This document shows, piece after piece, positions 37,957 to 47,935 of a stretch of 64,000 nt of DNA. Under the pieces are notes generated by a model. It had not been told where the DNA came from. It did not search any database and saw nothing but the letters and a program-made list of their open reading frames with translations. This DNA comes from Nitrosopumilus sp. (GTDB lineage Archaea > Thermoproteota > Nitrososphaeria > Nitrososphaerales > Nitrosopumilaceae). The position numbers and the translations under genes are program-made. The stretch's first letter is position 1, and each line of letters starts with the position of its first letter. The DNA is taken from the NCBI GenBank assembly GCA_965205215.1, contig OZ242041.1, forward strand, positions 1,696,001 to 1,760,000, in the 5' to 3' direction.

Positions 37957-38387
37957 TGGCGACAAGGCTTAGAAAGACCAGGAGGCTCAGGGGCGGCAGG
38001 CACATGGGATGGGGCCAGGTCGGCCAGCACCGCGCAAGCGGGCACCAGGGCGGACTGGGCGTGACCGGCATGCTAAAGCACCACTACAGCAGCATGCTCA
38101 AGTACGAGCCGGACCACTACGGGCACAGCGCCACCAAGCCCCCGCATCCGAACACCACCAAGAAATGGGCGGCCGTCCGCGACCTAGACGATCTCTTTGC
38201 CAGACATGGAAGCCGCGACGACAAGACGGGGCAGAACGTGCTTGACCTGGGGGCGGCAGGGTATCAAAAGCTGCTCGGCGGCGGAAAGACCAGCACGGCG
38301 TACGCAGTCAGGATCCCAAGACTCACGGCCTCGGCAGAAGAAAAGATAAGGGCAGCAGGCGGGGAGGTTTTGCCCGCAGATGGCTGA
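37956..38387 (+). CDS. rpl15: 50S ribosomal protein L15
   Basis: MATRLRKTRRLRG..HMGWG, KLLGGG, SAEEKIRAAGG. Confidence 0.95.
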   Translation: MATRLRKTRRLRGGRHMGWGQVGQHRASGHQGGLGVTGMLKHHYSSMLKYEPDHYGHSATKPPHPNTTKKWAAVRDLDDLFARHGSRDDKTGQNVLDLGAAGYQKLLGGGKTSTAYAVRIPRLTASAEEKIRAAGGEVLPADG

Positions 38388-39816
38388 GAGCAGCGGCAGC
38401 CTTACTGCCATACTGCGGCGCGTCGTATTCAGGGCCGAGCCCTACATCCCGCAGGTGCCAAAGCCCAAGAAGAAGCTCACGCTGCAGACCAGGCTCCTGT
38501 GGTGCGGCGTGGCCCTGCTCATATACATGGTAATGGGGCAGACCCCCCTGTTCGGAGCCACCACGCCGGAATTCGACTTTCTGGCGTTTGCCAGGGTCAT
38601 ATTCGCGTCCCAGCAGGGCACGCTTGTCGAGCTCGGCATAGGGCCCATAGTGACGGCCGGGCTGCTCATGCAGCTGCTCCGCGGCTCGGAGATACTAAAG
38701 TTCGACTTCAAGAAGCCGGAGGAGCGCGGCGTGTTCCAGACGGCCACAAAGCTTGTAACGTACATAATCATAGTGGCCGAATCCATAGTATACGCGGTGG
38801 CCGTCTACGGTCCCACGCTGACCGACCCGTCTGTCATATACGTGATGATAGGGCAGCTCATGGCGGCCTCGATAATAATCATGTTCCTCGACGAGCTGAT
38901 ACAGAAGGGGTGGGGGATAGGAAGCGGCATCAGCCTGTTCATAATGGCCGGCGTGGCGCAGCAGATACTCTGGAGCCTGTTCAGCCCCCTGCCGGCAGGC
39001 GACGGCGGCACCATAGGGATAATCCCGTACATGGCCCAGTCGTTCGTGGCCGGCGACATCTCGAACATACTGTTCAGGCCGCAGCAGCTGCCCAGCATAT
39101 TCGGGCTCTGCCTGACGGCCGGCGTGCTGCTGATACTCGTGTTCACGCAGGGCATGAAGATCGAGATACCGATCGTCTCCACCAAATACAGGGGGTTCTC
39201 GGCCGTATACCCGATAAAGATGATGTACGTCTCGAACATACCCGTCATACTGGCCTCCGCGCTCACCGCAAACGCCGTGTTCGTGTTCCAGATGCTGTGG
39301 GCAAACCTCAACCCGAGGAACAACAACATATTCATGAACCTAGTGGCGCAGTACGACCCCACCAGCCCGTCCACGCCGATAGGCGGCCTCATATACTACG
39401 TCACGCCGCCAAGGGGGCTTGAGATTGCGGCGCTCGACCCCACGAGGGCGGTCGGATACGTGCTGTTCATGATAGGCATAGTGGTGGTGTTCGGCAAGCT
39501 CTGGGTGGAGCTGGGCGGGCTCTCGCCGAAGAGCGCGGCGCAGAACCTACTTGACGCCGACGTCCAGATTCCCGGGTTCCGCCGCTCAAACAAGCCAGTC
39601 GAGGCGCTCCTCAACAAGTACATCCCCTCGGTTACCATAATAGGCTCCATCATACTGGGGCTCCTCGCAGGCGTCTCGGACGTCCTGGGCGTGTTCGGGT
39701 CCGGCATCGGAATACTGCTGATGGTCGACATCCTGATAAACTACTATACGCAGCTCGTAAGGGAGCAGGTCGAGGTCGTCATGCCGCGTCTGGGGGCTCT
39801 ACTTGGCAGAAAATAA
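38380..39816 (+). CDS. secY: Preprotein translocase SecY
   Basis: LVELGIGPIVTAG, WGIGSGISLFI, YVSNIPVIL, IPGFR, multiple TM helices. Confidence 0.98.
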   Translation: MAESSGSLTAILRRVVFRAEPYIPQVPKPKKKLTLQTRLLWCGVALLIYMVMGQTPLFGATTPEFDFLAFARVIFASQQGTLVELGIGPIVTAGLLMQLLRGSEILKFDFKKPEERGVFQTATKLVTYIIIVAESIVYAVAVYGPTLTDPSVIYVMIGQLMAASIIIMFLDELIQKGWGIGSGISLFIMAGVAQQILWSLFSPLPAGDGGTIGIIPYMAQSFVAGDISNILFRPQQLPSIFGLCLTAGVLLILVFTQGMKIEIPIVSTKYRGFSAVYPIKMMYVSNIPVILASALTANAVFVFQMLWANLNPRNNNIFMNLVAQYDPTSPSTPIGGLIYYVTPPRGLEIAALDPTRAVGYVLFMIGIVVVFGKLWVELGGLSPKSAAQNLLDADVQIPGFRRSNKPVEALLNKYIPSVTIIGSIILGLLAGVSDVLGVFGSGIGILLMVDILINYYTQLVREQVEVVMPRLGALLGRK

Positions 39817-40381
39817 GAGGATCGTCGTGGTAGGGATACCCGGCGTGGGAAAGACCTCGCTCCTGGCAAAGATGCTGGAGATACTCGGCTCCAAGCACAG
39901 GAGCGTCACCGTAATCAGCTTTGGCACCACGATGTTTGACATCGCCAAGGAGAACGGCGTCGAGGACAGGGACCAGCTGCGGAGCCTCCCCATCTCAGAG
40001 CAGAAGGAGCTCCAAAAGGCGGCGGCATCCAGGATAGCCGGGCGCAGCGAGCAGATCGTGATAATAGACACGCATGCCTTTGTCAGGTCGCCGGAAGGGT
40101 ACTACCCGGGACTGCCGGCCCACGTGCTTGAGATAATAAAACCCACCAACTTTGTCTCGGTTACGGCAAGGCCCGAGGAGATATTCAGCAGGAGGGTCAG
40201 CGACATGACAAGAAAGAGGGACAAGGTAAACATACTCGACATCAAAAAGGAGCTCGCGGTCCAGTCCGGCATGATGTCGGCGTGCTCTGTCATAACGGGC
40301 TCACCCATAAAGCAGATCCTAAACGGCGAGGGCAGGATCGACGAGGCGGCAGACAAGATAATAAGATCCATGGAGCTGTGA
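39803..40381 (+). CDS. adkA: Adenylate kinase (archaeal type)
   Basis: GIPGVGKTS, IIDTH, GYYPGLP. Confidence 0.94.
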   Translation: MAENKRIVVVGIPGVGKTSLLAKMLEILGSKHRSVTVISFGTTMFDIAKENGVEDRDQLRSLPISEQKELQKAAASRIAGRSEQIVIIDTHAFVRSPEGYYPGLPAHVLEIIKPTNFVSVTARPEEIFSRRVSDMTRKRDKVNILDIKKELAVQSGMMSACSVITGSPIKQILNGEGRIDEAADKIIRSMEL

Positions 40382-40386
40382 GGGGC

Positions 40387-41124
40387 ATGGTGATCGAGGT
40401 TGTGGCAGCGGCGGCGGCATCGGCAGCAGAGTCCGCTCCGGTGCAGGGTCACGCGTACTCCGCGGCGATGATGGTGTGGATGACAACACTGGTGCAGAGC
40501 GCGCACACGCTACTGCCCGGCGGCATGCTTGACGCGACCGCGCTGCAGTTTGACTTTCTCGGAGCCGAGAGGGGGGCGCTCGGAAGCGACGACCCGGTCG
40601 TAAAGGGGTGGATACTGTCAATGTTTGCAGTGGCCGGATTCGGAATACTGCTCAACATATTCAACGCGGGAATACGCAAGAAGATGGTGGACCAGATAAA
40701 GCTCAAGAGGATGATGAAGGAGACGCGCGCCTGGCAGAAGGAGAAGCTGAGGGCGGCGCGCACAAAGGACGACGCAAGGCTCAGCGAGCTCAACAAAAAG
40801 TCCGCATACATGAACAAGATGTCAATGGAGCTGATGCAGATGAACATGAGGCCCATGCTGATCACGTTCGTGCCGCTCATACTGATATTCTACTTCGTGC
40901 TGCCGTGGCTCTTCTCATATACGGTCGCCGTGTCGCCCATCCCGCTCAACGTCATACCAGGGGAGATGTTCCAGCTCACGTGTACGGCAGAGCAGGCAGC
41001 GGACCCCGAGCATGTATGCACCGAGGAGAACGCCATATTCCTGTGGGCATGGTACTTTTTGTCCTCCATTGCATTTAGCGGAATCATAATGAAGATGACA
41101 AGGACATCAATGGATCTCAGTTGA
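40387..41124 (+). CDS. DUF106 / EMC3-TMCO1 (Oxa1 superfamily) membrane protein
   Basis: TM + coiled coil + MRPMLITFVP + WAWYFLSS; conserved position after adk. Start uncertain. Confidence 0.88.
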   Translation: MVIEVVAAAAASAAESAPVQGHAYSAAMMVWMTTLVQSAHTLLPGGMLDATALQFDFLGAERGALGSDDPVVKGWILSMFAVAGFGILLNIFNAGIRKKMVDQIKLKRMMKETRAWQKEKLRAARTKDDARLSELNKKSAYMNKMSMELMQMNMRPMLITFVPLILIFYFVLPWLFSYTVAVSPIPLNVIPGEMFQLTCTAEQAADPEHVCTEENAIFLWAWYFLSSIAFSGIIMKMTRTSMDLS

Positions 41125-41729
41125 CTGAAACAGACAGCGGCGCAAAGGCAGGAGGCAAGGGGCCGTCCATAGTGGTATCGGGCCCGCCCGCAGTCGGAAA
41201 GACCACGCTTGCAAAGGCCCTGGCCGCGGAGATGTCCATGGCCTATGTCAGCGGCGGCGACGTTCTCAAGGAGATGGCCTCCGATCTAGGTTATGACACG
41301 GCAGGTGACGACTGGTGGGACACGGAGGACGGAATGAGGTTCCTGCGCGAGCGCGAACAGAACCACGACTTTGATCGCAGGCTTGACGAGCGGCTAAGGG
41401 GTATGTTCGAGCGGGGCGGCATCGTGGTGACCAGCTACACCCTGCCCTGGCTCGTGGCCCCGGGCACGGGGATAAAGATATGGCTTGACGGCTCGCACAC
41501 CAGCAGCACCGAACGCATGCAGAACAGGGACTCGGTCTCAGCGCAGCAGGCCTACGAGATCACCCGCGAGAGGTACGACAAGAACCGCCGCCTGTACAGG
41601 GAGATATACGGATTTGACTTTGGGGGCGACGCCTCGGTGTTCGACCACATAATAAAGACCGACGGCCTTTCAGCAGAGCAGGTAGTAGAGGCCGCAAGGA
41701 GTGCAATCCGAGACGGAGTGGCGTCATAG
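41121..41729 (+). CDS. cmk: Cytidylate kinase (archaeal type)
   Basis: SGPPAVGKTT, SGGDVLKEMA, RYxxIYG-like motif. Confidence 0.88.
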   Translation: MTETDSGAKAGGKGPSIVVSGPPAVGKTTLAKALAAEMSMAYVSGGDVLKEMASDLGYDTAGDDWWDTEDGMRFLREREQNHDFDRRLDERLRGMFERGGIVVTSYTLPWLVAPGTGIKIWLDGSHTSSTERMQNRDSVSAQQAYEITRERYDKNRRLYREIYGFDFGGDASVFDHIIKTDGLSAEQVVEAARSAIRDGVAS

Positions 41730-41855
41730 CATGGAACCGGGGACGGCAGCGACTGCGATGGCGGGCCGCGCGGCACATGCAGGGCGTACAGCGACAGGGG
41801 CCGCAGGCGCGCCCCCCGTACTGCAGTTATAAAAAAGAAGGATGGACCAGTCACG

Positions 41856-42944
41856 ATGTCACGAAAGCCAGATCCGCAAGACGGCAACGATGGACGGCAC
41901 CGGCTGCCAAGGCAGCTTGACGGGCTTGTGGAGATAAGCAAGGATCCCACCGACGACGCGCACGGCACGTACTATGGCGAGAGGAGCATAGAGCAGCTCC
42001 TCAGGTACGGCCTGATAATACTTGACAAGCCGCCCGGTCCCACGAGCCACGAGGCGGTGGCGTGGGCAAAGCGCATACTGAACATACCAAAGATAGGCCA
42101 CAGTGGGACGCTCGACCCCCAAGTATCCGGGGTGCTGCCCCTGGGGCTGGGCGAGGCCACAAAGGCCCTCGGGGTGCTGCTGCTGGGGCCAAAAGAGTAC
42201 CACGCGCTGGGCCGCATACACTCGCTTGCAAAGAGCAAGGAGATAGACAGGGTCATGGGAATGCTACGGGGCCAGATATACCAAAAGCCCCCGCAGCGCT
42301 CGGCCGTGCTCCGCCAGACAAGGACCCGCACAATATACGAGTTTGAGCTGCTAGAGCAGAGGGAGCGGCTGCTCTTGACCCGCATACTGTGCGAGGCGGG
42401 CACCTACATCAGAAAGCTGTACTATGACATGGGCGAGATACTCGGCCCTGGCGCCACGATGATCGAGCTGCGGCGCACGAGGGTCAACCAGTTCCACGAG
42501 GCGGACGGCCTTGTCACGATGCACGAGCTTGCAGACGCGTATGCCAGATGGACAGAGGAAGGCGACGGCGCCATGCTGCACTCCATGATCAGGCCCGTCG
42601 AGGACGCCCTCAGCGAGATAAAGTCAGTTGTCATAGGAGACGCGGCGGTGGATGCAATGTGCCACGGGGCCCAGCTTGCCATACCGGGCATACTAAAGGT
42701 ACATCCGAACCTCAGAAAGGGCGAGATTGCCGCCATCTACACGCAGAAGGGCGAGGCAGTGGCCTTGGCCGAAGCCGGCATGTCGGCCGACGAGATTTCA
42801 GAGGCCGCAAAGGGCCATGCGTTTGAGACCAAGAGGATAATCATGGCACCGGGCACGTATCCGAAAAGGTGGAGGACAAGGCCCAAGCGGGATGGTGACG
42901 GAGACGCCGCGACAGGGGACGCCGCGCGACAGCATGCGGGGTGA
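41856..42944 (+). CDS. cbf5: H/ACA pseudouridine synthase Cbf5 (TruB family)
   Basis: DKPPGPTSHE, GHSGTLDP, YQKPP, CEAGTYIRKL, PUA domain. Confidence 0.97.
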   Translation: MSRKPDPQDGNDGRHRLPRQLDGLVEISKDPTDDAHGTYYGERSIEQLLRYGLIILDKPPGPTSHEAVAWAKRILNIPKIGHSGTLDPQVSGVLPLGLGEATKALGVLLLGPKEYHALGRIHSLAKSKEIDRVMGMLRGQIYQKPPQRSAVLRQTRTRTIYEFELLEQRERLLLTRILCEAGTYIRKLYYDMGEILGPGATMIELRRTRVNQFHEADGLVTMHELADAYARWTEEGDGAMLHSMIRPVEDALSEIKSVVIGDAAVDAMCHGAQLAIPGILKVHPNLRKGEIAAIYTQKGEAVALAEAGMSADEISEAAKGHAFETKRIIMAPGTYPKRWRTRPKRDGDGDAATGDAARQHAG

Positions 42945-42975
42945 TAAGATGCAGCGGAGGAAGTGGGGCTGACGC

Positions 42976-43617
42976 ATGACGGCGACAAAGAGCCTGCTCG
43001 GGTTTGTTGCGATAGGCGTCATATCGGGGCTCGTGTTCGGGGCATACCTGCTTGACGTGAGGAACGGTCATCTCGGCCCGGTGCCATCCGCGGTAGAAGG
43101 CCCCTCCATATCAATAGCCCCCGCAAAATCAATATTCGAGCCGGGCGAGACGGTGACGTTCAGCATAGTGAATACCGGAACCGTCCCGCTGCACTCAGAA
43201 GACGGCGCGTATGGCGCGACCATCACGGGCCTGTCCGGAATTACAATATACGCGCTTACGGCGCAGGATGCCGCGCCCGGCCCAATTCCTGCGGACGCGG
43301 CCGGCGCGATTCCGGGGTCAGAGGGCGCACCCTTCCGCGGCATTGCAGGCACACTGATGCCGGGCCAAAAGATAGTCATGTCGTGGGACCAGACAAGGCA
43401 GGATGGGGAGACGGCCCAGCCCGGCCTCTACAAGGTGAACGCGTACGCGTATGCGTCAAACGCAGGCCGGACCGACTCAGGGGCCCCTGGCGCTCCGGGA
43501 CATGATACGGATCAAGATGCGGATTACGTGCGGGGCGAGGTGGCTACGGGGGACGACGTGCGGCAGCCGGCAGACGTAGCGCCCGTAAAGGATCACGCCA
43601 CAATTACCATCCGGTGA
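42976..43617 (+). CDS. Membrane-anchored hypothetical protein with Ig-like domain
   Basis: N-terminal TM; GETVTFSIVNTG ... WDQ..DG....PGLYKV pattern. Confidence 0.7.
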   Translation: MTATKSLLGFVAIGVISGLVFGAYLLDVRNGHLGPVPSAVEGPSISIAPAKSIFEPGETVTFSIVNTGTVPLHSEDGAYGATITGLSGITIYALTAQDAAPGPIPADAAGAIPGSEGAPFRGIAGTLMPGQKIVMSWDQTRQDGETAQPGLYKVNAYAYASNAGRTDSGAPGAPGHDTDQDADYVRGEVATGDDVRQPADVAPVKDHATITIR

Positions 43618-43703
43618 CAGTCAGCCGGCCTTGCGCATGCGACACGGGCTCAGACGGCGCCGTCCGTAGACATATAATCAGACAAGACTCGAGGTGACGT
43701 AGT

Positions 43704-43801
43704 GCCGGGGTCGCCTAGCCTGGTAGGGCGCGCGCCTGGAAATCAACCACCATAAAGCGCGTTCTCGCAAGGGATCGGGAGTTCAAATCTCCCTCCCGGC
43801 G
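43704..43801 (+). tRNA. tRNA-Ser(GGA) with 14-nt intron at 37/38 (43742-43755); CCA follows
   Basis: Acceptor GCCGGGG/TCCCGGC with G73, anticodon stem CGCGC/GCGCG around CT-GGA-A, long variable arm TTCTC-GCAA-GGGA, T arm GGGAG-TTCAAAT-CTCCC. Confidence 0.92.
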
Positions 43802-43926
43802 CCATTATAGCCACCATATGATCATTCTACGACAGTAGTCACGGCCGCTCCCGCGCCGCAGGCATGCCGCCATGCCGCAGCAAGCCGGCCCCGGGGGGAG
43901 CCAGACAGGGCGGCCGCCGTTGCCAG

Positions 43927-45309
43927 TCAGCCGTCACGGCCGTCGCAGAGCTTTTCGGCAACATCTTCAAACTTCCAAGGACCGCATTGCACGCGCCGGT
44001 CCGGCACGCCAACCACCCCTGCGCGCTGCAGCCTCTCCACGATATGGACCGAAAAAGGCAGGACGCCAGTCGCGCCGGGTGAGTTGTAGTTCAGTATGTG
44101 GAACGACTGCTCCGACTTGTCGCTTATCATAATGACGTCCGGGACGAACCGCCCGTCCGAACCTATTACGGACGATCTGATGCCGGCCACCCCCTTCTTC
44201 GTAAACTTTCCAGGATCTATGCGCGGCAGAAACTTTTTGACCCTGCGTATCATGGCGGGTTTTGAGAGGGAGGAGTGCATCTCGTTGAGCACGAGGCTCT
44301 GGAGCCTTCGGTCAAGCGCGGCCTTGGCCGCGCCGGAACCGAGCAGTTCAAGCGTCTTTGGCAGAAACGTCCTGATGTTCTCGGCGCGGTCGTACCCATA
44401 AGGGCTGAAAACCGGCACCGCGTTAGGGCCGACCTCGCAGCTCCCGTCGACCCTGACTATCCAGTGGGGATCCAGGAACGGATAGTCGGGAAATTCCGGA
44501 ACAGAGTATATGCTGGTACGGGTCAGGTCGGAGTATTCGGGCGGGGCTCTCCAGTACTCGCCCCTAAAGTGAACGTCAGTCAGGTTCTCGGCAAGCCCGG
44601 TTCTGTGCGCGACGTCGACGGATTCCCCGCCGGCAGCGTTTATCAGAAACCTGCACCGTATCTCACGACTCTGTGAAGTGGTGGTGGGGGTGCCCGCGCC
44701 GCGCAGGCCGCCTCGATCCGCGTCGGCGACAAGTACGCTCCAGCCGTCGCGGATCCTGTCGATGCGAACCGCGCGTGCGCCCAAAAGAAACGCGGTGCCG
44801 TATGACGCGCTGTCCTCCATGAGCGAACCCGTGAGGACTGCATAGTCTACCGAGCCCTCGCGTCGCACCACGAGCGCCGCCTTGCATCTGACCTCCGGCT
44901 CCACCTTCCTGAGGTCGCCGCCGGACACCATACGTATGTCCGAGCCCTCGCGCAGTCCGTTTTCAACCCCCCAGCGCATGTACTTTTCAAGCATTGCAAT
45001 ATCCTTCTCATCCGAGGCCACCTCCACCACGCCGCCCTTCTTGAAGGGCAGCTCCTTCATCTTGGAGTACTCCTCCCACATCTCGTACCCATGGAATGCG
45101 GCCTTTGCAAAAAGCCTCTTTTTACGCGGGTCGTACAGGTAGGGGGCATGCACCTCGCCGGTGTTCCTGCCGCTGGTGTGAAACGCCACGCGGGGGGCCT
45201 GCTCGATCACAGCCACGCGGCCGGCAGTGCCCAGGGCCGACAGAAAGTACGACAGCGAGGTGCCCAGAATCCCCCCTCCTATTATGGCGATATCAAACGT
45301 CTCCGACAT
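43927..45309 (-). CDS. FAD-dependent oxidoreductase, L-2-hydroxyglutarate oxidase/DAO-like
   Basis: IAIIGGGILG, HTSGRNTGEVH, FRGEYW, GPNA, NYNSPGAT. Start trimmed to MSET. Confidence 0.88.
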   Translation of the reverse strand: MSETFDIAIIGGGILGTSLSYFLSALGTAGRVAVIEQAPRVAFHTSGRNTGEVHAPYLYDPRKKRLFAKAAFHGYEMWEEYSKMKELPFKKGGVVEVASDEKDIAMLEKYMRWGVENGLREGSDIRMVSGGDLRKVEPEVRCKAALVVRREGSVDYAVLTGSLMEDSASYGTAFLLGARAVRIDRIRDGWSVLVADADRGGLRGAGTPTTTSQSREIRCRFLINAAGGESVDVAHRTGLAENLTDVHFRGEYWRAPPEYSDLTRTSIYSVPEFPDYPFLDPHWIVRVDGSCEVGPNAVPVFSPYGYDRAENIRTFLPKTLELLGSGAAKAALDRRLQSLVLNEMHSSLSKPAMIRRVKKFLPRIDPGKFTKKGVAGIRSSVIGSDGRFVPDVIMISDKSEQSFHILNYNSPGATGVLPFSVHIVERLQRAGVVGVPDRRVQCGPWKFEDVAEKLCDGRDG

Positions 45310-45633
45310 TGCAGTCATCATGGCATGCCCCATGCATGGTAAAAAGCGCGACGTTCCGCCATTTGTGCTGCAGCGGCAAGGCTTGCGGCTCGCGGAGCGC
45401 GCCGGCCCGGAGGGCGGCGTCATCCAGACTGGGCGAGTTCGCGCGCGGCCAGGACGGGGCTCGGATTTTGTGCAAAATGAGACCACCACGCAGGGGCCCG
45501 CGCCCCAAACTGTAGGGATTCTAGCCTCCGGTATGAAATCTGAAAATAAAGTCCGGCGGGCACGAACTTTCAAGGAACATGTCCGTACCCCGATACCGCC
45601 AAGGTTAATATCCGACTCAAGCCCGCACGCGTC

Positions 45634-45954
45634 ATGCTTCCCAACAGGTGCTCCATAAAACAGGATGGGAGACAGTGCCCAAACCCGCCAGAGTTCATCA
45701 TTTCCATAACAAGTGACGACGGGGGGGAGTACATGCTGGGGGTAACATGCAGCAGGCACAAGCAGGACGTGCGGGGGGAGGTCCAGAGGCTTCAGGACGG
45801 CGGCAAGGTTGCCCGCGGCACGATCGGGTTTGCATCCGTAAAGTCCGTAGGCACCGACTGCATACGGGCCGACCCAGACGAGCTTGTGCAGATAGGCGGG
45901 CAGGGAGCAGCGGGCACGCGCCAGACGGGCAGCGGTGACGCGCACTGCGACTGA
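45634..45954 (+). CDS. Hypothetical Cys-containing protein
   Basis: RCSI....CPNPPEF...GVTCSRH; TATA-like TTAATA about 25 nt upstream. Confidence 0.7.
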   Translation: MLPNRCSIKQDGRQCPNPPEFIISITSDDGGEYMLGVTCSRHKQDVRGEVQRLQDGGKVARGTIGFASVKSVGTDCIRADPDELVQIGGQGAAGTRQTGSGDAHCD

Positions 45955-45997
45955 GCTGCAGGAAACAGAGATATTTGCACGTTTGCCATACAGCAAC

Positions 45998-46417
45998 ATG
46001 GCCAGACTTTACAACCTGCTGGCAGACATTGCCAAGGTCGACGAGGTGCTACTCATAGTCAAGAGCGGCGGGGCGACTGCAGAGATAAAGAGCAACGCGC
46101 TCAAAATCAGGCAGCAGTCCGAGACGGGCGTCGGAGGGTGGATAACGCTGGGCAGCAACGACGATCCGGCCCACCTACACGTCAACCCCGAGCACGTATC
46201 GCGCGCAGAGTTCGTGCGGGAGCAGAAGCCCGAGCGGATCAGCTTCAGTGTAAGATTCTACGACGAGTCAGGCGAGCGTGTGCTTGCCGCGTTCTTTACA
46301 AGGATGTACGACGAGTCCGGATGCGTGATCCCGTGGAGGGAGAGGATATACGAGCAGCTGCGCCAGAAATACGACTCCCAGATAACGTTTGAAAAAACTG
46401 CAGCCCCGCCACACTAG
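45998..46417 (+). CDS. HutX/ChuX-like haem-carrier fold protein
   Basis: VLLIV..GGATAEI..W..L....HLHV....SFSVRFYD.SGERVLAAF resembles HutX/ChuX/HemS-type split barrels. Confidence 0.6.
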   Translation: MARLYNLLADIAKVDEVLLIVKSGGATAEIKSNALKIRQQSETGVGGWITLGSNDDPAHLHVNPEHVSRAEFVREQKPERISFSVRFYDESGERVLAAFFTRMYDESGCVIPWRERIYEQLRQKYDSQITFEKTAAPPH

Positions 46418-46433
46418 GCGGGGCGGCAGTAGG

Positions 46434-46709
46434 TCAATATCTACCGTTGCTGCTTCCAGCGGTTCTGCGGCGGCCTCTGCGATTACGGCCGCCGCCGCTG
46501 CCTCCGCCGTACCGCCTAGTTCGGCCTGCGCCCGCACCGCTGTGACGCACGGTGGGATCGTCGCGGCCGGTTTTTCGCCCAAACCGGCGGCCCTCCGACC
46601 CGGCATTGTCACTCCTCGTACCATCTTCCTCTTGGCCCCTGTCCCTGGCCTTTTCTGTCTGGATCCTGGCCAGTTCGAGATCTGCATTTGTGTGTTTGAA
46701 TTTTTTCAT
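46434..46709 (-). CDS. Small basic, low-complexity hypothetical protein
   Basis: ATG ORF with TTTATA about 25-30 nt upstream on the minus strand. Confidence 0.5.
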   Translation of the reverse strand: MKKFKHTNADLELARIQTEKARDRGQEEDGTRSDNAGSEGRRFGRKTGRDDPTVRHSGAGAGRTRRYGGGSGGGRNRRGRRRTAGSSNGRY

Positions 46710-46870
46710 TCAGTATTTAGAATGCGCGTTGGTATAAAAATCAGCACACGGTGGCGCGATCAGGCATCCGGCGGCTCGATCGTGCGCGCGCGGCCGCGCC
46801 GGCGCACCAGCGCGTCTGGCAGGATGGGCACACATACGGGTGCAGGGTACCGCCACTGCCGCCGGTGCCA

Positions 46871-47884
46871 TCACCGGCATACAGAGTGAACGGGCCTCTG
46901 CCCCCGCAGCCCGAGATCAAGGTTGCGCAGGGTCAGGTCGGCCATCTCAGATCGCGTCTCCGCGGTGGAGCTTCCAATGTGCGGGGCCAGCACCACGTTT
47001 GGCAGGCGTACGAGGGGGTTTGAGCGCCCCACGGGCTCCGACTCGAACACGTCAAGTCCCGCCCCCGCGATCACGCTGGTCCGGAGCGCATGGACCAGAT
47101 CCGGTTCGCAGACCACCTTGCCCCGTGACGTGTTTATCAGATACGCGGTCCGCTTCATGCGGGCAAACACGTCAGAATCGAACAGGTGGTGCGTGGCGTC
47201 GCTGTACGGCACGTGCACGGAGATGACGTCGCTGCCGGACAGAAGCCTACCAAAGCCCACGTATCTTGCATTCAGTATGCGCTCCATGCGGGCGGGCAGC
47301 CGGTGGCGGTTGTGATACGTAATATTCATGCCAAATGCGGCGGCCCTGTGCGCGACCGCCTCCCCGATGCGCCCCAGTCCGAGGATGCCAAGCGTCTTGC
47401 CGCGCAAATCCACCCCCACATATTCAGTCGCGCCAAACACGCCCTTCCATCCGCCGCCCCGTATCAGCCTGTCGCCTTCAGAGACCCTCCTCATCAGGTC
47501 AAGCATGAGCGTCACTGAGATGTCCGCGGTGGCCTCTGTCAGTACCTCTGGCGTGTATCCGACCACGATGTCGCGCTCCCTTGCGTGCTCGACGTCGATA
47601 TGGTCAAACCCCACACTGTACGTGCTGATCACCCTCAGGCGGGGGGCGGCATCCAAGGCGGCCGCGTCAACAGAGTCAAACGGGAAGCATATCAGTCCCT
47701 CCGCATCCCGCAGCCCGGACAGGAGCCCCCTGCGGGATATGGGCAGGCGGCCCTCGTGTACGGCCACGTCATATGCGCGGCGCAGTCTTCTCATGGCACG
47801 GTCTGGAAGCGGCCCGGTCATGAATACGCGCGGCCTTCCCTCCCTCTTTCCCCCGGGCTTGGCTCTTTTTTCCTTGGGTTTCAT
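46871..47884 (-). CDS. D-isomer-specific 2-hydroxyacid dehydrogenase (glyoxylate-reductase-like)
   Basis: SVGFDHID, GILGLGRIG, LINTSRG, AGLDVFE.EP, PHIGS. Confidence 0.92.
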   Translation of the reverse strand: MKPKEKRAKPGGKREGRPRVFMTGPLPDRAMRRLRRAYDVAVHEGRLPISRRGLLSGLRDAEGLICFPFDSVDAAALDAAPRLRVISTYSVGFDHIDVEHARERDIVVGYTPEVLTEATADISVTLMLDLMRRVSEGDRLIRGGGWKGVFGATEYVGVDLRGKTLGILGLGRIGEAVAHRAAAFGMNITYHNRHRLPARMERILNARYVGFGRLLSGSDVISVHVPYSDATHHLFDSDVFARMKRTAYLINTSRGKVVCEPDLVHALRTSVIAGAGLDVFESEPVGRSNPLVRLPNVVLAPHIGSSTAETRSEMADLTLRNLDLGLRGQRPVHSVCR

Positions 47885-47935
47885 ATAGTCTGGGATGTGG
47901 CCAAACCATTTATAGAATTACATCATACCAGAGTC

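Noticed and set aside
41727-41858. cmk and cbf5 are in the same frame, separated only by one TAG and 42 sense codons (possible amber read-through fusion)
   Set aside because: cbf5 has its own TTATAAAA box about 25 nt upstream, open frames of this length are common in GC-rich DNA, and no pyrrolysine machinery or read-through context is visible.
45310-45999. 230-aa N-terminal extension of the FAD oxidoreductase in the ORF track
   Set aside because: It overlaps a credible opposite-strand gene, and the Rossmann motif begins right after MSET.
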